DNA of 64,000 nt from Phycisphaerae bacterium. Its GTDB lineage: Bacteria; Planctomycetota; Phycisphaerae; JAAYCJ01. The stretch lies in NCBI GenBank assembly GCA_012729815.1, contig JAAYCJ010000174.1:1668-65667 (forward strand). Reading direction: 5' to 3'. Under the pieces are notes generated by a model. The model searched no databases. It had not been told where the DNA came from and saw only the letters and a list, made by a program, of their open reading frames with translations. A program made the translations under genes and the position numbers. Within the stretch, counting starts at the first letter, position 1. Every line of letters begins with the position of its first letter. Shown one piece after another: positions 29,240 through 37,383 of this stretch.

Positions 29240-30098
29240 CGTCCTCTTCCTGTTGATCCGTCCGTTTGCTTGATCCCTTGACCGGCAGCTTGATCGTCAC
29301 CTGGGCTCCGCCCATCTCGCTGCGCCCGACCGCGACGGCCCCCTCGTGGGCCTCCACGATCCGATGCACGATCGCCAGACCAAGGCCGGTCCCGTTGTCC
29401 TTGGTGGTGAAGAATGGATTGAAGATCCGGTCGGCGACTTCCGGGGCGATTCCCGGACCGCTGTCGCCGACGCTCAGCGTCACGCGCCCGCCGCGCCGCG
29501 AGAGGGCGACCGCCACCACGCCGCCTTCGCCCGCAGCCTCGATGGCGTTGCGCACCACGTTGAGCACCGCCCGCTGCATCATATCGCGGTCGCAGACCAC
29601 CGTCGTCTGGGCCGGTCCACGATACGAAAGCTGCGTTCCGCGCGCCGCGACCAGATCACCGAGCAACCCGGTCGCTCCCTGCACGACCGCCACGAGATCC
29701 GCCTCGTGCATCCGCGGCTCGACCGTGTGGGTCAGGGCCAGCACTTCCGAAACCAGCGACTCGAGCATGCGGACGCCGCTGATGATCTTGTCGGCCAGGT
29801 CCACCGAACCGCCCAACTCGCGAAGATCTCGCTTCAGCAAATCGGCGTAAAGCCGAATCCCGCCCAGCGGATTCCGAATCTCGTGGGCCAGGCCGGCCGC
29901 CATCTCGCCCAAGGCCGCCAGGCGCTTACGCCGTTCGAGCTGGCGGTTCTTACTGGCCAGTTCCGAACGCAGCCGGCGGACCTCCCGCTGCAGGACGTCG
30001 TGGCTCTCGCGAAGCTTCTCCGTCGCCTCGTTGTAACTGGTCAGCAGCCCGAGCAGTTCGTCTTCCGTCAGATTGAGTTTCGCCAACGTCTCGCTCAT
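29217..30098 (-). CDS. cytoplasmic sensor histidine kinase (no TM; FlgS/FleS-like)
   Basis: HisKA H-box LAHEIRNPLGGI and HATPase N/G boxes (VLNVVRNAIEA, GDSGPGIA, GTGLGLAIV). Coiled-coil N-terminus and no hydrophobic segment. Confidence 0.85.
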   Translation of the reverse strand: MSETLAKLNLTEDELLGLLTSYNEATEKLRESHDVLQREVRRLRSELASKNRQLERRKRLAALGEMAAGLAHEIRNPLGGIRLYADLLKRDLRELGGSVDLADKIISGVRMLESLVSEVLALTHTVEPRMHEADLVAVVQGATGLLGDLVAARGTQLSYRGPAQTTVVCDRDMMQRAVLNVVRNAIEAAGEGGVVAVALSRRGGRVTLSVGDSGPGIAPEVADRIFNPFFTTKDNGTGLGLAIVHRIVEAHEGAVAVGRSEMGGAQVTIKLPVKGSSKRTDQQEEDDGNDCGD

Positions 30099-30101
30099 GG
30101 C

Positions 30102-30599
30102 TTACCCGCTGATCTCCAAGTTCAGGCCCGCGCCGTTCGACGTCGGACGACCCGCCTGTCCGCCGCCGTACGCCTGCGTCGCCGCCCGGCCCTTCGAAGC
30201 CGCGGTGATCTTTCCAGCCACCTGCTGCTTGCGCGAAAACAGCTCCTGGCAGTCCTCCTGATCGTGGGTCAGCAGCAGGTTGAGCATCTCCTGAAGCTCA
30301 CCCAAAAGCTGCTCGATCTCCCGGCGGCACTCGTCGTCGAGCTGTTCCCTGACCCGCTCCCAGTCCTGCTGGTACGGGGCCAACTGACGGTGCACCTTGC
30401 CGATCGTCTCGACGATCCGCTGGCGTTGCCCGAGCAGGGCCAGCAGCGCCTCGGAGTCCTCGGCTTTGATCAGGGCCCGCTGCTGCTGGGCCAGGTGCTG
30501 GAGTTGCTCGTAGCACTCCCTCTGTTGCTTCAGGAGCTTCAGAAGCTCAGGGCCGATGGCTGAGGGGCTTTCCACTTGTTCCACGATCCGCTCCGTCAC
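30102..30599 (-). CDS. FlgN-like protein (putative flagellar export chaperone)
   Basis: 165 aa, Gln/Leu-rich helical, similar in flavour to the FlgN family (ELLKLLKQQRECYEQLQHLAQQQRALIKAED). Assignment is tentative and from context and composition only. Confidence 0.35.
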   Translation of the reverse strand: MTERIVEQVESPSAIGPELLKLLKQQRECYEQLQHLAQQQRALIKAEDSEALLALLGQRQRIVETIGKVHRQLAPYQQDWERVREQLDDECRREIEQLLGELQEMLNLLLTHDQEDCQELFSRKQQVAGKITAASKGRAATQAYGGGQAGRPTSNGAGLNLEISG

Positions 30600-30600
30600 A

Positions 30601-33018
30601 CTAGAAATCGTTTGCCGTTTCCGTTCCCTGGGCCAGCGTGCTCATCCGGCTCTCCTCGAGCACGCCCGACCCGTAGTTCCACTCGATCCATCGCCGCCAC
30701 TCCTGGCGGGAGAAGATCGTGCCCGGCCCGGTGAATGCCTCGTCAGGCAGTTGCTGAATCAGCCACTTCATCTGCTCCAGCACGGCCTTGATCTTGCCCC
30801 AACGCCCCAGCCGCTGGTAGGCGTTGACGATCTGCAGGTAGGCGGCCAGGGCGATCTGGTCCCGCTCGTAGTGATCGACCACCCGCTTGTAGGCCCGGAC
30901 CGACTCATCGTAGTCGCCCAGGTCATAGAGGCAGTCGGCGTAGTAGAGGTAGGACAGCTTCAGATACGTATTCTCGAGGTCCGAAAGGTCCGCCAGCGAA
31001 TCCAGCGAACGCATCGCGTCGAGGTACAACTCGGAGGCCCGGACCAGACTCGTCTTCCAGTTCAGCAGCAACTGCGACTTGAGCTCGCGATCGTTGGTCC
31101 GATCCACCTGCCGCAGGTGCTCTTCGGCCAGACGCCGGTAGGACTGGGCGATCAGGAACCGCGCCTCCGGACAGGCCCGATCATCCGGGTAACGCTGAAG
31201 CGACTCCTCCAGCCTCGCCGCGCACTCCTCGTATCTCTCCTGGAAGTAGCAGAGCTTGCCCAACAGGAACAGGGCCTCACGGAATTCGAGGGCCGAAGGG
31301 TCCAACTGCTGCTGGTTCGACGTGTCATCCACCATGGTCCGCAGCAGCGTCTCCGCCTCGCCGTAGTGCTCCGGTCCCAGTGTCATGAGGCACTGGGCCG
31401 TCAAGACCATCGCGCGAAGAGCCGGGAGCGTCCGAGGATACTCGTCGATCAGACGCTGATACTGCTCAATCGCCTTCTCCGGCTCGCCGCGACCCTGGTA
31501 GAGCTGCCCCAGCCGGGACAGGGCTTCGGCCAGGTGCGGGTCGGCCGGCCAGGACGCGACGAACAACTCCAGCATCGAGGTCGCCATCGAACCGTCGCCG
31601 GCCAGGTCGTAGCACGTCACCGCCTCCCACAAGGCGTCGGCCGACGCCCGATCGGCCATTCCGCGGCCGTGAGACAGCGAGATGAAGTCATCCGCCGCCT
31701 CGCGATAGTGCCGGCTGGCCCGTTCCCGAAGTTCGGCGGCCAGCTCCGGCGAGCCCACCTTCGCCAGTCTGCCCGAGAGATCCTCGGCGACCTGGCGATG
31801 CCACACCGCGATTTGACCCAACAACTCGTGGCGAACCCGCTCATCCTCCACCGCCGTCTGATCGTATTCCAGTTGGGCGAACGGCAACGCCTCTTCCAGG
31901 TTTCCGCCGTCGGCCAATTTGCCCGCCACCGAGGCGATCGAGGCCACGACGTCCTCGCGATTCATCAGGCGATTGTGGCCAACCTTCGCCAGGAGCGCGA
32001 AGGCCTGATCGTAGGCCATCCGCGACGCCTCGAAACGATGAACCCGGGCCAGGGCCGCAGCCCGACCCACCAGACCCGCCAACGCGTATTCGCTGCCGGG
32101 ATGATACGTCATCACATCGTGGAAGAACGCCAACGCCTCCTCCGGCCGGTCGTCCTGCAGACAAAGCCGTCCCAGAAGGAGCGTCGTCCGGGCCTCCAGA
32201 TCCCCTCGAGTCTCCAGCCGATCCAGGATGTTTCGTAACGAACGCTCCGCGGTGTCGATATCGCCTTTGGAGTACTCGCCGAACGCCAGAGCGTATTCCA
32301 ACTCGTCCCGCTCGTCCTGTTCCGTAACCCGCGAGAGGACCTCGCGGATCAGCGTCACCGCCTCGTCGAATCGGCCCTGCCCAAAGAGCCGCTCCGCCTT
32401 CAGGCCCGCCGCCCAAGCCAGTTCCGAACCCGCCAGATGCGGCTCGGCCAGCAAGGCGTCCAGGACCGCATCATATTCTTCGTCGAGGCCGTGCCCGGTC
32501 TTGGGAAAGAGCCTGACCAGCGAACTCAGCAGAGCGATCCGGTCGCAGCCGTCGAGTTCCAGCGCCATCTTCAGATGGTCCACCGCCAGGCGATAGCGAC
32601 CCAACACTTCCGCAATCTGCGCCGAGATCACCAGTTCATCGAGAGTCAGCGGCCGTCCTTCGGCCGAAGCGGTCAGGTGCTGTTGGGCCAGCATCAGAAT
32701 CTTTGGTCGCGGCGTCCGCTGCGACATCTCACCCCGGTAAAGGGCCAGGGCCACCAGGTGGTGCAGATGACGTGCCTGGTCCTCCTCCAAGTCCCGTTCC
32801 GCCAACAGATGAAGCCCAAGCTTGGCCGAGTCGAAGTGTCGACCGCGGCTGAGCAACTCCTCGCAAAGACTGGCATATTCCGCCGTGCTGAGCTTTTTTT
32901 GACTCGAGAAGAGCTTCACCACGCCCAAACCGGTCAGAACCAGGGCCACGATCAGCGCGGGGATCTGCCACTTGTCGCTCAGATCCTTCAGAAGAATGTT
33001 CAGCCATCTCGGCTTCAT
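30601..33018 (-). CDS. large TPR-repeat protein with N-terminal TM anchor (805 aa)
   Basis: N-terminal hydrophobic helix (IPALIVALVLTGLGVV), then many TPR-like helical repeats. First gene of the TPR-flgN-like-HK-RR unit. Confidence 0.7.
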   Translation of the reverse strand: MKPRWLNILLKDLSDKWQIPALIVALVLTGLGVVKLFSSQKKLSTAEYASLCEELLSRGRHFDSAKLGLHLLAERDLEEDQARHLHHLVALALYRGEMSQRTPRPKILMLAQQHLTASAEGRPLTLDELVISAQIAEVLGRYRLAVDHLKMALELDGCDRIALLSSLVRLFPKTGHGLDEEYDAVLDALLAEPHLAGSELAWAAGLKAERLFGQGRFDEAVTLIREVLSRVTEQDERDELEYALAFGEYSKGDIDTAERSLRNILDRLETRGDLEARTTLLLGRLCLQDDRPEEALAFFHDVMTYHPGSEYALAGLVGRAAALARVHRFEASRMAYDQAFALLAKVGHNRLMNREDVVASIASVAGKLADGGNLEEALPFAQLEYDQTAVEDERVRHELLGQIAVWHRQVAEDLSGRLAKVGSPELAAELRERASRHYREAADDFISLSHGRGMADRASADALWEAVTCYDLAGDGSMATSMLELFVASWPADPHLAEALSRLGQLYQGRGEPEKAIEQYQRLIDEYPRTLPALRAMVLTAQCLMTLGPEHYGEAETLLRTMVDDTSNQQQLDPSALEFREALFLLGKLCYFQERYEECAARLEESLQRYPDDRACPEARFLIAQSYRRLAEEHLRQVDRTNDRELKSQLLLNWKTSLVRASELYLDAMRSLDSLADLSDLENTYLKLSYLYYADCLYDLGDYDESVRAYKRVVDHYERDQIALAAYLQIVNAYQRLGRWGKIKAVLEQMKWLIQQLPDEAFTGPGTIFSRQEWRRWIEWNYGSGVLEESRMSTLAQGTETANDF

Positions 33019-33304
33019 CGGGGCTCCATCCCCAAAACCGGTTTCCCGTTCGTCCCGCCGATTCCCCGGCGGCTATTCAGTTGTCGCGTTCGCCGCTCGC
33101 GCCGCAATCTCATTCGCCAACGGGTGGCCCGGTAATTCCTTCACAGCCAGAGCGACCTCCTGTCGCCGACCCGTTCCGCGTGCGACGCCTGACCTCGCCG
33201 ATCGGTCTGCGCAACGCCTCGGCGGTTCGTCGCGGAGACACTGCGTCCGATGCATGCGTCGTCAAATCCTCGTTTTCAACCCCAGTGACGGGTTCGGCCG
33301 CCGC

Positions 33305-33664
33305 TCAACCGGCGACCGCGTTCTGCTGCACCCGGCTCGCCAGGAGCCGCTTGATCTGCCCGAGAGGAAGACTGCTCTTGAGCCGCCGGATCTCCGCCAG
33401 CGTCTCGAACACCTCCGGGCCGTACAGCCGATGTCCTCCATCGGTCCACCGGCTTTCGCGAATCAGGCCCATGACGGTGTAGTTGTGAATCGTCTGACGG
33501 GAGAAGCCCGAATGCTGCACCACTTCGCCAATTCGGTAGAGCTTGGGCGGGATGATCTGCCCCACGTTCCCGCCTGCCTCGTTCCGCTGCTCCGCCGACA
33601 CCCAATTTTCTCCTCTGCCGTCGCGTGATTCGTCTACGTTGAATTCCGTCATCCGACGTTCCAC
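33305..33664 (-). CDS. MerR-family transcriptional regulator
   Basis: HTH YRIGEVVQHSGFSRQTIHNYTVMGLI and a downstream dimerisation helix. Confidence 0.8.
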   Translation of the reverse strand: MERRMTEFNVDESRDGRGENWVSAEQRNEAGGNVGQIIPPKLYRIGEVVQHSGFSRQTIHNYTVMGLIRESRWTDGGHRLYGPEVFETLAEIRRLKSSLPLGQIKRLLASRVQQNAVAG

Positions 33665-33740
33665 TTCCGTCTCCGAAAGACTGGAAGGCAGCCAGCTACC
33701 GCCCGTTCGCCAGCCTGCCGCACAGGCCTAAGCCTTATGT

Positions 33741-33752
33741 GTTTTATAAAAC
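33741..33752. promoter_or_regulatory. perfect 12-bp palindrome GTTTTATAAAAC in an AT-rich divergent intergenic region (MerR <-> Gfo/Idh/MocA)
   Basis: Read directly. The surrounding ~590-bp spacer is markedly lower in GC than the coding sequence. Confidence 0.4.
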
Positions 33753-34252
33753 GTCTAAGTGAGGATTCCGTCAAGCGAATAAAGTCCTATAACCTAGAAC
33801 TTCATAGGTTTTGGCATCGTGGTGGGCCTGCAGGTGTCAACTGGCAGCGAATGCGTTAACTTATTGTGAACACATCTGCCCTGACACTCCCCTTATTTCC
33901 CCCGTTTTTCCCCAGCTATCCCAGCTTTTCAACAACCTTTGAACAATTATTCGCCCTACTGCTTGAATCCAGCACCCTGGACAGCGGCGCAAGTTCCGAT
34001 AATATAACAACATACACATGCTGCCTAACAAAATACAAACACCGCTTCTGCCGACTGGCTTTTTGCCCCTGGTAAGCCCCTTTCTGGCGGGTTGTTCGCA
34101 GCCGCACCAAATGCCACCGGCGCCTCGTTGCTGCTATTTCGGCAAACTGTCCCTTCAAACATGAAGGCGCTTGAAGGCATCCGGCCCAACCGATACAATC
34201 CGCCCCAACTGTCATGACAATACCCGGTTCGTCCGCTCTCGGAGGATAGCCC

Positions 34253-35212
34253 ATGGCGACCAACCCATTGCGACTGGCCATGCTCGGCATGGTCGAGGGA
34301 AACGGCCACCCCTACTCCTGGTCGGCGATCATCAACGGCCGGTACGATGCCCAGGTAATGGCCGACTGCGGCTACCCGGTGATCCCGCAGTACCTGGCCG
34401 CCAACCAGAACAAGCTCGGCATACCCGGAGCCAAGGTCACTCACGTCTGGACCGACAATCCGGCTGAGGCGCCCAAGGTCGCCAAAGCCAGCTTCATCGA
34501 TCAGGTCGTCTCAAAGCCCACCGACGTGATCGGACAGGTTGACGCCGTCTTTGTCGCCACCGACATCGGCTCCGAGCACCTTGAACGCGCCAAGCCCTTC
34601 ATCGACGCCGGCATTCCCACCTTCATCGATAAGCCGCTGGCCGACAATCGCGACGATCTCCTGATGTTCATCGACCTTTACCGCCAGGGCAAGCCGATCC
34701 TCTCCACCTCGTGCATGCGCTATGCCAGGGAAGTCGAAGCCCTCAAACAGGCCAAGGTCGGCCAGCCGAAGCTGATCACCGGCTTCACCTGCAAGTCCTG
34801 GGCCCGCTACGGCATCCACGCCCTCGAAGGGCTCTACCAGCTTACCGGCCCCGGATTCGTCTCGGTCCGCGACGTCGGACAGGAGAACCGCCACACCGTC
34901 ATGCTGACCCACCGCTCCGGCGTCGACTCGCAGCTCTGGGCCTACTACGACGCCTTCGGCGGCTTCGGCTCGTATCAGCTCATCGGATCCGAAGGCGCCG
35001 CCTACGCCAGGTTCACCGACACCTTCCACGCCTTCAAACGTCAGATCGAGGTCTTCATCGACTTCATCCGCAGCGGCGGCCGACATCCGTTCCCGCCCGA
35101 GCAGACCTTCGAGCAGATCGCGATCATCGCAGCCGCCATCGAATCGCACAAACGCGGCGGCAAGGAAATTGTGCTCGCCGACTTCATCCCCCCTGAGCAT
35201 CTGCCCAGGTAA
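34253..35212 (+). CDS. Gfo/Idh/MocA-family NAD(P)-dependent oxidoreductase
   Basis: N-terminal Rossmann (LRLAMLGMVEGNGHPYSW...VFVATDIGSEHLE...FIDKP) and a C-terminal alpha/beta domain. Confidence 0.8.
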   Translation: MATNPLRLAMLGMVEGNGHPYSWSAIINGRYDAQVMADCGYPVIPQYLAANQNKLGIPGAKVTHVWTDNPAEAPKVAKASFIDQVVSKPTDVIGQVDAVFVATDIGSEHLERAKPFIDAGIPTFIDKPLADNRDDLLMFIDLYRQGKPILSTSCMRYAREVEALKQAKVGQPKLITGFTCKSWARYGIHALEGLYQLTGPGFVSVRDVGQENRHTVMLTHRSGVDSQLWAYYDAFGGFGSYQLIGSEGAAYARFTDTFHAFKRQIEVFIDFIRSGGRHPFPPEQTFEQIAIIAAAIESHKRGGKEIVLADFIPPEHLPR

Positions 35213-35233
35213 ATCAATCCAGGAGGTCCACCG

Positions 35234-36013
35234 ATGGGAATTCTCGACAGCTTCTCGCTCAAAGGCAAAGTCGCCATCGTCACCGGCGGCGCCGGGCTCT
35301 ACGGACGGCAGGTCGTCGAAGCCGTCGCCGAGGCCGGAGCCACCACCGTCACCGCCTCGCGCAATCTCGAAGCCCTGGAAAAGGTGGTTGAGGGCCTCCG
35401 CGCCCGCGGTCTCGACGTGCACGCCGATCGGGTGGATCAGGCCGATGAGCAGTCGGTACGCGGTCTCGTGGAGCGGACCATCGACAAGCACGGCCAGATT
35501 GACATCCTGGTCAACAACGCGGTCCTGCGGCCACTGAAGGCCGGCAGCACCGATATCGAAGGCTTCCGCAAGTCGATGGAGGTCAACGCGGTCGGACTCT
35601 ACATCATCACCGAACTCGTCTCAGCCCACATGAAGCAGCGGAAACAGGGCTCGATCGTTATGGTCGGCTCGATCCACGGCATGATCGGCGTGGACATGAC
35701 CCTCTACGAAGGCCTCTCGATCACCGGCCTGTACCCCGACTACTTCTTCCACAAAGGCGGGATGGTCAACTACACCCGATGGTTGGCCGGAGCTCTCGGC
35801 GGCTACAACATCCGCGTCAACTGCGTCTCGCCCGGCGGCTTCCTCTCCGGTCAGCCGGAGGAATTCATCCGACGCTATTCGGCCCGGACGATGCTCGGAC
35901 GCATGGCCAACGACGAGGACCTCAAAGGAGCCATCGTCTTCCTCGCCTCCGACGCCGCCGCCTACATCACCGGGACTAACCTTCCCGTCGACGCCGGTTA
36001 CACGGCGAAATAG
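35234..36013 (+). CDS. short-chain dehydrogenase/reductase (SDR)
   Basis: TGGAGLYG cofactor motif, NNAV, and catalytic region with Y-x3-K context. Confidence 0.85.
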   Translation: MGILDSFSLKGKVAIVTGGAGLYGRQVVEAVAEAGATTVTASRNLEALEKVVEGLRARGLDVHADRVDQADEQSVRGLVERTIDKHGQIDILVNNAVLRPLKAGSTDIEGFRKSMEVNAVGLYIITELVSAHMKQRKQGSIVMVGSIHGMIGVDMTLYEGLSITGLYPDYFFHKGGMVNYTRWLAGALGGYNIRVNCVSPGGFLSGQPEEFIRRYSARTMLGRMANDEDLKGAIVFLASDAAAYITGTNLPVDAGYTAK

Positions 36014-36044
36014 ACGACATCGGTCACCGTACCGACAGCCCCGC

Positions 36045-37340
36045 TCACTCCTGCGGGCATCGCCACCGAAGCAAACCGATATCCCGCGGCGGACCGATCT
36101 GACCTTCCGGCGTGGGCAGGCAGCCTTGCGCCCGTCCGTACACCGTCAGGATCGACCCATCCGGCAGCAGCACCGACGACGTCGACTGCGGACTGGACCA
36201 CCATGCCCCCTTGTCCCGCAGGTTGCCCGTCCACTCGTCCAGGATGATCCGCCGGTCCATGTCCCACGTCCGCCCCTCGTCACGGCTGACCATCGCCTCA
36301 ATCCCGTACGTGGGGAAACCATCCGCATTGAACGGATAGCCGACTCGCACCACGTACGTCATCACCATCCGGCCGTCCGGCAACACCACGAAGCTGACGA
36401 AGTGCCGGCCGTAGTCGAACAGCACCCGCACCGGCGACCACGTGAGCCCGTCATCCTCTGAAATGGAGATTCCGAAACCCGAGTACAGGTCCGGCGGCTC
36501 CATGCCCTCCGGCTGACGCTGCGCCCGGTCGCGGAAGCGCGCAGGCAGATCGGTCCGGCAGTACGCCACGAGGTGCCCAGCCGGCGCCCGAACCAAGCCG
36601 ACCTCGTTAACTCCCTGCCACTGAGGGACGGCGATCTCCTCGCCCCACGTGGCCCCTTCATCGTGGCTGAAGCGGATGTAGGCTTGGCTATAGTACCCTT
36701 GGGCCGGATACGCGTCGCCTTCATGGCTGTACGCCGTTTCGGCGATGCGGGTCACCTTGCCCGTCTTGGCGTCGCGATCGACCAGGTACGGCTCCCACTG
36801 CCAGCCGGCCCACGGCTTGCCGTTGCGGCCCGCGGGGATCGGACGAGCCTCCCACGTCCGGCCGAAGTCCGTGCTGACCCACCGTTTCTCCACCCCGGAG
36901 AACATCACCGTGCCGCCGCCCAGATACGTCAGAGAAAGCGGTGTATCGCCGAAGTTCTCGCCAAACTCCGGATTCCTCGCGTCGCTGGCGATGAGCTGCG
37001 GCTCGCTCCACGTTTCGCCGCGGTCGTCGCTGAACATCACCGCCGGCCTGCACGGCCGGTAGTCCAGGTAGGCCGCCATCAACAGCCGATCCTTCTCCGG
37101 CATGTACACCAGGTACGGCATGCCCACTACCCGGTTCCATCCCTCAGTGAGCACCTGGAACTCGGCGTCGAACTGGACGTACCGCTCGCCCTCGATCCGA
37201 CGAAACGCATGAGACCTCCAACCCGCCTGCTTCGCCACGATGCCATCTCCTTCCAGCCGATCATTCTTGCCAACGACGCAGCCCGATAGCATAGCAGCTT
37301 GACCGGCCGTTGCCAGTAACGATTGGCTCAAAATTCGCAT
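36045..37340 (-). CDS. BNR/Asp-box repeat lipoprotein, sialidase-like (GH33-like) glycosidase
   Basis: Lipoprotein signal (AAMLSGC). Five Asp-box motifs S-x-D-x-G-x-T-W: SDDRGETW, STDFGRTW, SHDEGATW, SEDDGLTW, SRDEGRTW. Confidence 0.75.
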   Translation of the reverse strand: MRILSQSLLATAGQAAMLSGCVVGKNDRLEGDGIVAKQAGWRSHAFRRIEGERYVQFDAEFQVLTEGWNRVVGMPYLVYMPEKDRLLMAAYLDYRPCRPAVMFSDDRGETWSEPQLIASDARNPEFGENFGDTPLSLTYLGGGTVMFSGVEKRWVSTDFGRTWEARPIPAGRNGKPWAGWQWEPYLVDRDAKTGKVTRIAETAYSHEGDAYPAQGYYSQAYIRFSHDEGATWGEEIAVPQWQGVNEVGLVRAPAGHLVAYCRTDLPARFRDRAQRQPEGMEPPDLYSGFGISISEDDGLTWSPVRVLFDYGRHFVSFVVLPDGRMVMTYVVRVGYPFNADGFPTYGIEAMVSRDEGRTWDMDRRIILDEWTGNLRDKGAWWSSPQSTSSVLLPDGSILTVYGRAQGCLPTPEGQIGPPRDIGLLRWRCPQE

Positions 37341-37383
37341 TCGCTCGGATGCAGTCCGACTCCCCCGTTGACGAGGCAGGGGT

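Noticed and set aside
33019-33304. Possible sigma-54 promoter for the TPR-flgN-like-HK-RR unit
   Set aside because: I looked for TGGCAC-N5-TTGC on the minus strand in this spacer and found only partial matches with wrong spacing, so none is called.
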